In this document: positions 50,601-63,853 of the stretch, in pieces
How the letters are laid out: each line of letters begins with the position of its first letter
How positions within the stretch are numbered: position 1 is the first letter of the stretch
Assembly: GCF_001194135.2 (NCBI RefSeq)
Contig: NC_069004.1
Span: forward strand, 19,646,219 to 19,710,218
Length of the DNA stretch: 64,000 bases
Direction of reading: 5' to 3'
From: Octopus bimaculoides
Taxonomy: Eukaryota
Notes under the pieces: generated by a model
What the model saw: the letters and a program-made list of their open reading frames with translations, nothing else
Told to the model about the DNA's origin: nothing
Database searches by the model: none
Made by a program: the position numbers and the translations under genes

Positions 50601-50705
50601 ATAACATTGGTGTTAATCCAGGTTTAACTGCGCTGTGGAACGATGAAAAAGAACGGCGGCGACTGAAAGGTTTATCTTCTCAGTGTGGGCTAAGTCAGTC
50701 CCAAG
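50601..50705 (+). CDS. REV3L: REV3L exon, 105 nt, phase 1 to 1
   Basis: Acceptor tatatttcag and donor G|gtaaga. Translates (D)NIGVNPGLTALWNDEKERRRLKGLSSQCGLSQSQ (conserved NPGL.A.W.DEK.RRR). Confidence 0.96.
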
Positions 50706-50850
50706 GTAAGAAGCAGAAGCAAATTGAATATGTATATATATCCCCGAGTAAGCACATAAATGTGAAACAAGGTGGAAAAAAATAGTACTCGAATACTGGA
50801 GATAGAGTAATATGCTTTATTGTTAAAACATCACAAAAGCATCACAAAAA

Positions 50851-50892
50851 AACTGCTACTCAAAGCTTCACATTCCCGTTCATCGGGCAGTT
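50851..50892 (-). ncRNA. Degenerate hammerhead ribozyme-like motif (third family)
   Basis: Minus strand reads AACUGC-CCGAUGA-ACG ggaa UGU-GAAG-CU uug AG-UA-GCAGUU. All three helices can pair, but the core has U4C and A15.1G. Confidence 0.45.
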
Positions 50893-52819
50893 GTGGTGAA
50901 GAATGGAATAAAAATTGAGGTTGTACATATAATAGAGTGTGTGTGTGTAGATATATATATATATATTTATACACACACATACATGCATACATACACATGT
51001 GCAATATATGGATTCATGGTATTGTGTAGCTATCACAGAAAGGACCTCTAGTGGACTCGGCTAACAGACCACATAATAATTCAATATGGAGGAGCATAAT
51101 GCAGAGTTTTATGCAGCTGAAATCCAGATCTGATTGATGAGATTATTTCATCAGGAATATATAAGCCATAAAAAGTCAGGAGGTCTGAAAGGTGAATATA
51201 TATATATTTAACCACTTCATCTCCTTGATATTACAACCATTTTCACAGCCTTCATATAATTTCAGTGTATTATAATGTTTACATGTCTGCACTAAATATG
51301 CATGCTATATCATTATCATCACCAACATTTAATGTCCATTTTCCATGCTGGTATGGTTGCATGGCTTGACAGGAGCTGGCATGGCCAGGGACCACACCAG
51401 GTTCCATAGGCTGTTTGGGCTTGGTTTCTAGAGTTGGATGCCCCTCCTAATGCCAACCACTTTACAGAGTGTGCCAAGTTCTTTTTACAAGGCACCAGTG
51501 TTTTTTCCATGGTTCCTTGGTTTTAGGATATCAATTCTGTTGTGGTGGCTGAATCTTCTTGAGTACAACAATGCTCTACATATCTTGGTCCTCTGTTATC
51601 TCCTTATACAATACAATTTTATAATTGCAAATCAAATGCAGGTAAAAAAAAAAGCTAGCTCATCAAATCACCAGAACATCATGGTTACACCTATGTTTCA
51701 ACTCTCAGTGTTGTAATCAAGATGTTCCGGTGATCTGATAAGCTAGCTTTCTTTATCAGCATTGATTTGTATATTTACAATTGTATTGTATTATGTGTAG
51801 CATGCATAATAGTGCAGACATGTAAACATAATTCATTATTCACTGAAATTATTATTACATGATGGAGGCTGTGAAATGGTTGTAATCCTATGGATGACAA
51901 GTGGTTATATCTCCTGCCTTTTTATGATTGATATATACATATATAATATTTTTTGTGGAGTAACCGTTTTCAAAGCACACCACTTACAGCTATAAAGAAT
52001 AACATTTAAATATTAGTTTGAAAAACTTTTGATATCCAATATTTACAAGGTATTCTTTGGAGCTTGATGTGCTTCAAGAACAATTATTCCCAAAAAGAAT
52101 TAGTGTATAAAATTTGGACATCAACAGTTTATCTATCTATCTATCTACAATATATATATATTTTTTTTTTTGAGACCCCCTTCGGTCATGACTGACCATG
52201 GGATTGCACCTAGAAAGTTACTCACTGAGGCACAAGTCCGGGCAAGGTTGTTTATGGAAGACCAGCAGTCGCCTATGCATATCGGCCTCCCCTCTCCATG
52301 CCACCAGTGTTACCCAAGGGAAAGGCAAAGGGGCCGATACAGCTTGGCACCTGTGACGTCACAATTCATTTCGGAGCAACGTGAAATAAAGTGTCTTGCT
52401 CAAGAACACAACACATAGCTCAGTCCGGGATTCGAATTCACAACCTCACAATCGTAAGCTTGACGGTCTAACCACTGAGCCATGCACCTTCATATATATG
52501 TATGTATGTATAAGAGAGAGGAGAAGTGATACAGATAAATGTAATTAGGCTTCACACGAATATATCATCATCAACATCATTTAAAGCTACGTTTCATGCT
52601 GGCATGGGTTGGACAGTTTTACACAAACTAGCCAACTGGAGAACTACTAAGTTCTGTTTGTCTGCTGTGGCATGGTTTTCACAGCTGTAAATCCTTCATA
52701 ATGCCAACTACTTCACAAAGTGTAGTGGGTGTTTGTTACATGGCACCAGCATGGGTATTTTTATTTAGCACTGATACGGGTGCTTCCACGTGGTTGTAGC
52801 TCTCTGAACTTAGCCCAGC

Positions 52820-53310
52820 CTTTTCTTATTCTAGCAACTACACTCACAGAACTTCCTTCACTGCTAATTTGGTTGCCTTGGTAACAAGCTGTCTACTACT
52901 TCTAAGGATCCCCACTGGACATCTGGGAAAGTCTATTCATTATACCTTCTTAGTGTTTATTGTACCTACACATCTGCTACACACAAAGACTACTTTCTCT
53001 GTCAACTTTCTTATGACACCACTGCACCTCTTATGTGTCCATAGCTTGTACTGGGTACACTGTATGGAGTTTCTGCCAACACTCATTCTACATATTGAAC
53101 AGGGCCATCTCCTGAAAGGATTTGAGATTTGTCAGTTTTCCTACTTTGGTCTTCGTTAAATTAACTCTAAGGCCCTAAATTCTGGACCTTGCTTCCCCAC
53201 CTGAAATTTCCTCTCCAGTTCAGGTAGTGATTCATCTATAACAAGCTCAGCAGCATAGAAGAGCTCCCAACGGCAGCCAGTCTTAAAAATTTCTCTGTTG
53301 TTGTTTGGAG
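52820..53310 (-). mobile_element. Decayed RTE-clade LINE reverse-transcriptase fragment; its 3' tail is at about 52565-52760
   Basis: The minus strand (with frameshifts) gives FKTGCRWELFYAAELVIDESLPELERKFQVGKQG...LRVNLTKTKV, with a degenerate YADD, and downstream GSLEVVDS, typical of RTE ORF2. Confidence 0.8.
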
Positions 53311-53551
53311 GACTAAGATAGACAAGAGAGGGCTAAGAACCGATCTTTGGTGGACTCCTACTTGTACACTAAATTCACATTCATACATATATAAAAGGAT
53401 AAAATTATTATAAAATAGCGATAATATCAGTGGCCAGCATGTAATTAGAAACCATACAGATAAAAATTATATAGATTTATAATTATATACACACACACAC
53501 ACACACACACACAAATATATTTACGTAGAGCATATATATATATATATATAT

Positions 53552-53689
53552 GGGAGAATATACAAAAAATAACAACAGACGAGGACAGGTGGTGTAAATA
53601 ACAAAAGTATATATTAGTATGACGCTCGGGAATACGGAAAGTCTTTGACGTTTCGAGCTACGCTCTTCAACAGAAAGAATACGGAGACA
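53552..53689 (-). mobile_element. 138-bp Penelope-like terminal fragment with hammerhead motif (copy 2; motif at 53642-53678)
   Basis: Near-identical to 29677-29814; preceded by a (TA)n run. Confidence 0.7.
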
Positions 53690-54044
53690 TATAATGTGTG
53701 TGTGTGAAGGCACATGGCTCAGTGGTTAGAGCATCAAGCTCACAATCATGGGGTAGTGAGTTCAATTACTGAACTGGGCTCTGGGTTGTGTTCTTGAGCA
53801 AGACACTTTAGTTCACATTGCTCCAGTTCGCTCAGCTGTAAAAATGAGTTGCGACTTCACTGTTGCCAAGCTGTATTAGCATTTGACTTTCCCTTGGATA
53901 ACGTTGGTGGCATGGAGAGGAGAGGCTGGTATGCATGGGTGACTGCTGGCCTTCCATAAAACCATGGAGGGAAACTTTCTCGGTGCAATCCCATGGTTAT
54001 TCGTAACCAAAGGGGGTATTTACCTTTTTATATATATATGTATA

Positions 54045-54693
54045 TTGGGTCATCCCGTAAATAATATGGTTTTTTCAATTGCATGAACTAAAAGTCAGGT
54101 GGAGATGGGGTAAACTATCTGCATCAACTTGCTATAAAAGCAGGTAGTAATTTTACCTTGTCCTTATTCTTAGTGCAAGTTCTGAAGAGTGCAGTTCGAT
54201 TTTAACAGTTATTTTTTCAAAGCTATAATGGAAATGGCAAAGGAACATATTTTGCTTTATGAGTTCAATAAAAGCAATAATGCAACGGAAAGTGCAAGGA
54301 ATATCAATACAGTATATGGGGATCGGACAATAAGCGTAAGCCTGTGCCAACGGTGTTCCAGAAATTCGGAGCTGGAAACTACAGCCTAGAAGACGAACCA
54401 TGTCCTGAAAGATCTGTAGAGCTCAATGAGGATTGCAAACCCTGATGGAACAAAATCATTTAGATGGAAAAAATGTGAATTCTTTAGACGAGGTCAGAAT
54501 AGTACTAAAGGAGTATTTTTTGTTATAGACAAGTGAATTTTGGAAGAGGGTCTTGCAAGACTACCGGATAGATAGAAGAGCATTGTAGAAAATGAAGGAG
54601 AGTATATTTTCGATTAAAAAAGAACTTTAATCTTAATTTTAAAAAGTGAAAGAAATATTTAAAATAAACCGCATTATTTATGGGATGACCCAA
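54045..54693 (+). mobile_element. Internally deleted mariner element with both TIRs and TA target duplication
   Basis: TA|TTGGGTCATCCC(G)TAAATAAT...ATTATTTATGGGATGACCCAA|TA. Retains the N-terminal MAKEHILLYEFNKSNNATESARNINTVYGDRTIS and the C-terminal KRGLARLPDR*KSIVENEGEYIFD*. Confidence 0.9.
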
Positions 54694-55711
54694 TATATAA
54701 AAATCACGTTTCACTTGTATGGAGTTTAGGACATTTATAATAATATTACCATGAGAACCAGAAAGAAAAGCATGAGCTTTGAAGCAGACGTTTTTGCATG
54801 TGTTGATCACAAAGGTTTTTAAACAAAAAAACCATAAGGATAAGAGTTCTCTTCAAACTTCCACTCCTGGTGAATTAACAGATATATAGCAAACAAAGAA
54901 TGGAGTGTTATGTTTTTATATAACTTTATTCACTGTTACAAACGTTTCAAATGGCCTTAGGAATTGTTTCCTTGCTATAGAATGGCTTCAATGCAAAATT
55001 AGTTAATTAATGGAAGAGTTAACCCCTCCACCATTCTCTTCAGATCCTGAAGTTATATTGCAATGAAGTGCTGACTGAGGTATTCACTAGAATTTCTTCA
55101 ATCCCTTCACTATATGTTTGTTTATCTTTTAGCTTTTACTTGTTTTAGTCATTAGGAAGCTGGGTCTTGCCTTCAATTTTTAGTCAAACGAATCGACTCA
55201 AGCCTGGTACTTATTCTATCAGAATCTTTTTGCTGAACTGCTTAGTTACAGGGATGTAAGCAAACACTCATTAGTTGTCAAACAGCAGTGGGAGACAAAC
55301 ACACACACACACACACACAGTGGGCTTCTTTCAGTTTCTGCTTACCAGATCCACACTCAAGGCTTTTGTCAGCTCAAAGTTATAGTAGAAGAAACTTGCC
55401 TAAGATGCCATGTTGTGCAAGTAAACCTGGAACCATGTGGTTGAGAAGCAAACTTCTTACCACACAGCCATGCTTGCACCTGTCTTTTTTTTTTTTCTTT
55501 GTTCCCATGCTGGCAGGGGTCTGACTGAAGCATGAAACAGTATAACACCATTTTGCACAGATCAGACAATGTTTATAGCTTTGCTATAAATAACATAAAA
55601 CCCTACCTTTATTTATTCAATGAGTATGTGCATATTAAATAATTATGTCACTGAATTATTCATTTATTCATACGTTAATAATTCATGTTTTTTGGGGGTT
55701 TTTTTTGACAG

Positions 55712-55796
55712 AAAGGGAAAATCTCATCTCCTCACCTTGTGAAGAAGCACTCAAGAACCGTTTACAGAAAATTATACAATTCCATCAAATGTATGG
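55712..55796 (+). CDS. REV3L: REV3L exon, 85 nt, phase 1 to 2
   Basis: Acceptor ttttttgacag and donor GG|gtaagt. Translates (E)RENLISSPCEEALKNRLQKIIQFHQMY, similar to ESEKKFQKRLQEIL. Phase is compatible with both neighbouring exons. Confidence 0.85.
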
Positions 55797-56092
55797 GTAA
55801 GTTGTTTGTTGCTATACATCCTGCATGTTTACTTGTACATCCTGACCTAATCAGAGGAGGAAAGACTGTACCTATGACCTTTTTTTAGGGATTCTGAAAC
55901 AGTTTGCTGGGAAGATGAGAATTATCCTCAAGTGCAGATATGGCTGTGTGGTAAGAAGCTCGCTTCCCAACTACATGGTTTCAGGTTCACTCCCACTGCA
56001 TGCCACCTTGGGCAAGTGTCTTCTATAGCCTTGGGCTGACTAAAACCTTGTAAGTGGATTTAGTTGACAGAAACTGAAAGAAGACCATTGTG

Positions 56093-56200
<108 letters not shown>

Positions 56201-56201
56201 G

Positions 56202-56235
<34 letters not shown>

Positions 56236-57163
56236 TTGTATCCCCGTAACTTAGCAGTTTGGCCAAAGAGACTGATAAAGTATGAGGCTTAAAAAATAAG
56301 TTCTGGGGCCGATTCATTTGACTAAAACTTCGAGGGAGTATCCCAGTATGGCTGCAGTCTAATGAGTGAAACAAGTAAAAGATAAAAGATCAGAGACTGG
56401 TTCGAATGCTCACAGTGCAGGGGCCTTTGCAAGAGGCACCCAAGGACCAGATGGTGGGGTCAAGCCAAGTGGCTGATTATATTTACTTCTCAGGAACAGT
56501 CCTTCAGACTGGCTTCAAATTTCACCAATCAAATTTTAACTCCTGTGGTTTTGGCTAACACAAGGCAATGGTAGATAGCTGTCCAGGGTGCTGGGCAATG
56601 GGATTGAACTGAAAATTGTGTGGTTGTGAAGCAAACTTCTTACCCCTGCATCATCAATGCCTGCCCACCAAAGCTCGCTTATTTAATCATATACCTTTTA
56701 CCTTCTACACTTTACTTGTTTCAGTCATTAAGCTGTGGCCATACTGGAGCATTACCTTGAATTTTTTTTGTAGTCAAATGCATCAGTCCCAGTACTTACT
56801 TAAGTCTGGTACTTATTATATCAGTCTCTTTTGCCGAACCACTGAGTTACAGGGATGTAAACATACCAATAATGTTTATCAAGCGATAGTGGGGACAAAC
56901 AAACACATATACATGCACACACACAATGGGATTCTTCCAGTTTACGTCTACCAAATCTGGTCAAGACTTTGGTTAGCCTGAGGCTATAGTAGAAGACACC
57001 TACCTAAGGTGCCACATGGTGGACTGAACCCAGAACCATGTGGTTGAGAAGCAAGCTTCTTACCACACGGCCATGCATGTGCCTATATACACAGTAGTTT
57101 TTTTCCATCAGTGTTGTTTTATTTATTTATCTATTTATACGTATTTCTGTTTTATTCCCCCAG

Positions 57164-57258
57164 TCAACACACGACACATTCTCAGGATGGAGCCAAATCT
57201 AGTCTAGACTCTGTATATCCAGCTTCTCTTGTGGAGTCTCATTCTTTCACTGATGACA
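57164..57258 (+). CDS. REV3L: REV3L exon (start of divergent linker), 95 nt, phase 2 to 1
   Basis: Acceptor tttattcccccag and donor A|gtaagt. Open frame (G)QHTTHSQDGAKSSLDSVYPASLVESHSFTDD; PASLVESH resembles vertebrate PANMVEVH. Phase fits the previous exon. Confidence 0.75.
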
Positions 57259-59672
57259 GTAAGTTTTTGTCTTCTTTTTAATCATTATTCTCTTCTTTGC
57301 AAGAATTACATAGTTTTATTGACAGTTTTGTGAGCTACACATTTGGTAGAATGGTGAGAAGTTCCAACTTTAATACCAGTATTGTATAAAGTCTTACTGA
57401 AATGAAACACAAATAGACACCATGTCCACTTCAAAGCTAGCTGATAACTATTTGGAAGTACAAGGTACTTGATTCAGCTTTCATTCTATGGCAATTTGTC
57501 TTAACACACACCTCATTTTCTATCAGAATGTGGCATCTCGACCACATCCATTCCTTCTCTATATATATTGTCTTTTACTTGTTTCAGTCATCCAAATGCA
57601 GCCATGCTGGGGCACCACCTTGAAGAACTTAACTGTTTTTCTGTTAAGCCTGGTACTTATTCTATCGGTCTCATTTTGTCAAAGTGCTAAGTTACAGAGA
57701 TGTAAATAAACCAACACCAGTTGTCAAGTATTGGTGGTGGGCAANNNNNNNNNNNNNNNNNNNNNNNNNNNNNNNNNNNNNNNNNNNNNNNNNNNNNNNN
57801 NNNNNNNNNNNNNNNNNNNNNNNNNNNNNNNNNNNNNNNNNNNNNNNNNNNNNNNNNNNNNNNNNNNNNNNNNNNNNNNNNNNNNNNNNNNNNNNNNNNN
57901 NNNNNNNNNNNNNNNNNNNNNNNNNNNNNNNNNNNNNNNNNNNNNNNNNNNNNNNNNNNAACAACTCACAATTGGCTTCTTTCAGTTTCCATCTACCATA
58001 TTTACTCACAAGGTTTTGGTTAGCAGGAAGGTATAGTAGAAGACACTTGTTCAGGGTGCCACACAGTTGGACTGAACCGAAAACCATGTGGTTGGGAAGC
58101 AAAGTTCTTAACCACACAACCACCCTTGTGCCCTTATGATGATAATAAATACCATGCAGAAACCTATCACACCGTTTTAATGTTCTCATCAGTTATGATC
58201 AGAACATGTTCTGCAAATGTAATATCCATTAGAATTTTTTTTCTGTACCGACGCCTGTAATCATTTATATCTTTGAAACATTGAGGATAAAATTATTGCC
58301 CTTAGCATCAACAATACCTTTACCAAGAATGTGGAGCACAGCTTAGTGGTTAGGGTATTAGGCTCATGATGGTATGGTCATGACTTTGATTCCCGGCATT
58401 GCATTCTGTCCTTGAGCAAGCCACTTTGTTTTATGTTGTTCTAGTTCACTCAGCTGTCAAAAATGTGTGGTACCTATATTTCAAAGGGCCAGCCTTGTGA
58501 CACTTAGTGTGACGCTGAATCTCCTTGAGAACTACGTTAGGGGTCCACGTGTCTGTGGATTGCTCAGTCACTTGCTCGTTAATTTCACAAGTGAGCTGTT
58601 CCGTTGATCGGATCAACCGGAACCCTTGTCATTATAAGCAAAGGAGTGCCAGAATTTCTTACAAACTTACTACTTAAACTAAAGGCATTCTCACATTTAG
58701 TTTCATTATATGTTAATGATTCATCATCATCATCATTATCATTTAACGTCCGCTTTCCATGCTAGCATGGGTTGGACGATTTGACTGGACACTGGCGAAC
58801 CATATGGCTACACCAGACTCCAATCTGATCTGGCAGAGTTTCTACAGCTGGATGCCCTTCCTGACGCCAACCACTCCGAGAGTGTAGTGGGTGCTTTTTA
58901 CGTGCCACCACTCATGTGTACATGTCAGTAGCTAGCTATCATGCTGACTTTCATTGCCCACTACATTTGCAACTTACTTTTAATGATAGTCAACTAACAA
59001 CATGCATGTCCTCTTCTCTCATGCACATAATTCATGTGCACTCACGTCACATCACTTGTGTGATGGCAATCAGTCTACATTCATTAATTTCAGCATACAG
59101 CTTTTTGTCAATCTGTGACGCCTGCGCTTGTTGTCATGTCTATACTTCTTGAATGATGTGATTGAGTGTGATTGTTTGGATGCTGTCAATTTGGCACAGC
59201 ATGACTGGATATTAAACCTGTTTTGGCACAGGAGGGAAATACATACACAAACATGTGTGGCATGAAGCTTGCTTCCTAACCACATGGTTCCACATACAAT
59301 TCCATTGCATGGCACCTTGGTCAAGTGGATTTGCTTGACAGAAACTGAAGGAAGCCCATCGTATTTATGTGTGTGTTTGTCCTTTACCACCACTTGACAA
59401 CTGGTGTTGGTTTGTTATGTCCCTGTAACTTAGCAGTTTGGCTAAAGAGACTGATACATTAAGTACCAGGCTTTAAAAAATAAGTCCTGGAGTTGATTTG
59501 TCTGACTGAAAATTCTTCATGGTGGTGCCCCAGCATGGCTGCAGTCTAAAGACCCGAAACATGTAAAAGAATAAAAGAATACAGAGAGAGGGAGAGCGAG
59601 AGAAAGACATTACAATTTATTAATCAAACATTATTGACGTGAACACGTTCCCTCTTCTCACACAAATAAACG

Positions 59673-59895
59673 AAGGAGGTGAGCTGGCAGAATCGTTAGC
59701 ACGCTGGGCGAAATGCTTAGTGGTATTTCGTCTGTCTTTACGTTCTGAGTTCAAATTCCGCCAAGGTCAACTTCGCCTTTCATCCTTTCGGGGTCAATAA
59801 ATTAAGTACCAGTTACGCACTGGGGTCGATGTAATTGACTTAATCCCTTTGTCTGTCCTCTCTATGTTTAGCCCCTTGTGGGCAATAAAGAAATA
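59673..59895 (+). mobile_element. Young full-length SINE family B (core ctttgcctttcatcctttcggggtcgataaa, Nin/Deu-domain-like) with 11-bp target-site duplication
   Basis: Duplication acaaataaacg at 59662-59672 and 59896-59906; tRNA-like head with a ctgagttcaaattcc B-box. Confidence 0.85.
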
Positions 59896-60073
59896 ACAAA
59901 TAAACGGAGAGGGGAGTTGAGAATGAAGGAAACATTAAAAGTTCTGATGTCAAACAAGTCAGTATTGAATCAGTAATGCCAGAATGGCTGTGCCAAAACA
60001 TTTCATACCCCTCTACTACATCATTGAACAGATGCTTAGGAAACCTTCAACCACTCACATTCTGCTGCATTAA

Positions 60074-60462
60074 CCCTTTAGCATTCATATTTCTTTGTTC
60101 ACAGTTTTGAATTAATCATGCAATGCATTGTAGCTTTGAGATTTTGATGATGTGGTTCCTTTATTTTTGGAATAATATTGTAGGATAGGTGTGAGAGGCC
60201 TGTGTTAACATAAAACCAGTAGAATATTTGAGCCAAATAAAAAGCCGGCTTAAATGATAAAGGGTTAAACTACAGACCCAATATTATTTAACCCATTTGA
60301 ATTAATCGTGCATTATCTTGTAGCTTTGTAATTTTGATGAGGTAGCTATTAATTTTTTAGAATGACATTGTAGGGTTGGTGTGACAGGCTAGATCTGACC
60401 AGTTTCAACATAAAGCAGGTAGAATATTTTGGCTGCATATGGCCAGTTTAAATGGTAAAGGG
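60074..60462 (+). mobile_element. Two adjacent direct copies of piggyBac-like MITE family 1
   Basis: 60074-60264 and 60292-60462 are each bounded by TTAA-CCC...GGG-TTAA; the second lacks part of the 5' internal sequence. Confidence 0.75.
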
Positions 60463-61970
60463 TTAAAACCTGTACTGTTACTACATCCATTTTACTCATG
60501 ATCATGACTCAGAACCCAAACTATCATATTTCCTGAAGCAGTGGCTCAATCTGCTAAAAAGAGTAGCTAAATCATATCAATCATCTTAAAATTTAAAGGA
60601 CATATGTGATAGTGAAGTCTTAGAAATACTGCTTGAAAATAGAGACAGTCGTGGTTGGAATGCTTTTGGTCATTGATCTGCTTGACTGGAGACAGTCAGG
60701 GCTAAGCAACAAGAACCGTATTTCCTAAATGGTCCATCCTTCTCTTTTATGGCAATCTGACATTCTTCACACAAACCAAAGATGCATTTCAAAAGCTGGA
60801 TTTCTATTTCAGTTACATAATAATTATGTTAACTCTGAGCAACTGATCGGTTTTTTACCAATCAATAAATCAATAAGTAAACAGTGAAAAATTCATCTAC
60901 ACCTATTTCTATTATCACCCGTTCCAGTCATAGGACTGAGTCACATCGTGAAGCAGTGGATGTGAGACCTAAAACTACAGTCATCCTTGTAACACTGTCC
61001 AGGGAGCCCCCCCCCCCCNNNNNNNNNNNNNNNNNNNNNNNNNNNNNNNNNNNNNNNNNNNNNNNNNNNNNNNNNNNNNNNNNNNNNNNNNNNNNNNNNN
61101 NNNNNNNNNNNNNNNNNNNNNNNNNNNNNNNNNNNNNNNNNNNNNNNNNNNNNNNNNNNNNNNNNNNNNNNNNNNNNNNNNNNNNNNNNNNNNNNNNNNN
61201 NNNNNNNNNNNNNNNNNNNNNNNNNNNNNNNNNNNNNNNNNNNNNNNNNNNNNNNNNNNNNNNNNNNNNNNNNNNNNNNNNNNNNNNNNNNNNNNNNNNN
61301 NNNNNNNNNNNNNNNNNNNNNNNNNNNNNNNNNNNNNNNNNNNNNNNNNNNNNNNNNNNNNNNNNNNNNNNNNNNNNNNNNNNNNNNNNNNNNNNNNNNN
61401 NNNNNNNNNNNNNNNNNNNNNNNNNNNNNNNNNNNNNNNNNNNNNNNNNNNNNNNNNNNNNNNNNNNNNNNNNNNNNNNNNNNNNNNNNNNNNNNNNNNN
61501 NNNNNNNNNNNNNNNNNNNNNNNNNNNNNNNNNNNNNNNNNNNNNNNNNNNNNNNNNNNNNNNNNNNNNNNNNNNNNNNNNNNNNNNNNNNNNNNNNNNN
61601 NNNNNNNNNNNNNNNNNNNNNNNNNNNNNNNNNNNNNNNNNNNNNNNNNNNNNNNNNNNNNNNNNNNNNNNNNNNNNNNNNNNNNNNNNNNNNNNNNNNN
61701 NNNNNNNNNNNNNNNNNNNNNNNNNNNNNNNNNNNNNNNNNNNNNNNNNNNNNNNNNNNNNNNNNNNNNNNNNNNNNNNNNNNNNNNNNNNNNNNNNNNN
61801 NNNNNNNNNNNNNNNNNNNNNNNNNNNNNNNNNNNNNNNNNNNNNNNNNNNNNNNNNNNNNNNNNNNNNNNNNNNNNNNNNNNNNNNNNNNNNNNNNNNN
61901 NNNNNNNNNNNNNNNNNNNNNNNNNNNNNNNNNNNNNNNNNNNNNNNNNNNNNNNNNNNNNNNNNNNNNN

Positions 61971-62037
<67 letters not shown>

Positions 62038-62477
62038 AGGTATCTATGTACTTCCTCTGTAGTAAGACATCTGTTTCTCTATCTCACTTTAATCTTTTAT
62101 CATCTGACACAAGATGCCCCTCCTCTCTCAAAATTGCTTGTCTTGCAGTTACTTAGTGACCCTGCCAGTGCTGATGCCATGTAAAAGGCATCCACTCCAC
62201 ATTGTGAAGTGGTTGGCATTTGGAAGGACATCCAGCTGTAAAAAACATGCAAAAATTGACCTTGCCTATGCTGGTGCCACATAAAAAGCCCTGAGTCCTC
62301 TCTGCAGAATGGTTGGTGTCAGGAAGGGCATCCAGCTGTAAAAAGCATGCCAAAACAGACACAGTAGCCTGGTGTGATCTTGTCAAACCGTCCAACCCAT
62401 GCCTGCATGGAAGACAGACATTTGATGGTATATATACATATCTATATATATACACACACACACAAACTGAAAGGCTT

Positions 62478-62680
62478 CAATTTTCAGAACTCAGTTATTC
62501 ATTTCCAAAGGTGCCAGTTGAAACTTCCAGGGTTCTTGGCCCCACCAGACCGTATCCCTGCTTGCTGCTATTAAGGCATTAATTGCTGTCTGCAAGTGCA
62601 AGCCCTGTGAGTTGAGAGTGGTAGTTCTAGCACATCTCCCTTTTAGGGCAACAACCTTTTCCATTTTGTCTGCTGGTGCC
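62478..62680 (+). mobile_element. CRE-like retrotransposon 3' relic, copy 2 (more decayed)
   Basis: Translates FSELSYSFPKVPVETSRVLGP. Shares agcacatctccc and tttt(c)cattttgtctgctgg with copy 1. Confidence 0.55.
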
Positions 62681-63853
62681 ATGAGAAATGTTTCTATATT
62701 TTGAGAGGCAAGATTCTCCATATTCATATAATCATTGCAATTGGATGAAGCTCATCAGTTGGTAAACTAAGCCTGCTCAAATGTGATGCTTATATATTCA
62801 CGTTGTTTTTAATTACTTTTGCATTGTCTTGTAGCTTTGAAGCTTCAGCTTCAGCGATGTGATTGTTTATTTTTAGAATAACATTGTTGGTGTAGGAGGC
62901 CAGATCTGGCTTGGAAATACTTAAAATGGGTAGAATATTTGAGCCTGATACGGCCAGTTTAAATGCTGAAGGGTTAAAGGAATTTGTGGAAGCATATAAA
63001 ACTGTTTCAGTGTTTCTTAGAAAATCTTGATTAGGTCACCTGTAAAGCTAATCCAGTTTTTGTTGTTTTTTTTCTTAATTTTAACAGGTACATAGGTAGA
63101 ATTAGTTTTTATTTTACAATATCTGCACTTGTTACATGCATATCATCTTCATCTTCATCATCATTTTACATTTGTTTTTCCATGCTGGCATCTAAACTGC
63201 TCTGCTCTCACTCTCACTTTGACAACAGCCACAGTCTTTCATGTTGTGTGGCCTTTTGTTTTGTTATCCACTGTGACTGTCTGTCATCTGACACACACAA
63301 CAAGAGAATAAACTGGCTGACTCCATTATGTCTAGCATGATTTTTGGTCTGGATTTTTTAGAATTGGATGTTTTTCCTAATATGGACCACTTAACAGCAT
63401 ATATATGTATGTACATATTTGTAGAGTGTATAAAGGTCATGTTTTGCAATCCTTATAAGTGTCCAGTTTCTCAAACACAGAGGATATAAAACCCTACTGT
63501 CTGTCTTTTATTTTTTAATAATTTCCTCTCCTGTCTACTTTACCTTGAAGATGGACTTTGTCCAAAACCTTGGCTTTTCCATGCTCACCAGCAATTTTGC
63601 TGCACCCTTTCTGTTGATCTCACACACACACACTGATGTGTATGTTTGTAAGAAGCTTTTGTACTGGGTAACAAAACCAGGAAATGATTCAGTACAAGTA
63701 TAAAGTGTAAATATTTTATTTGTTTGAATATATGTATATGTTAAATTCAAATTACGACAAACGTAAATAAACAAACGGAGTTTGCTTTTAGAAGCGTTGA
63801 GATGTCTTAGAAAGTTAAAGTGATTTTAAATTCTCAATCGCAGAATAATGCTA

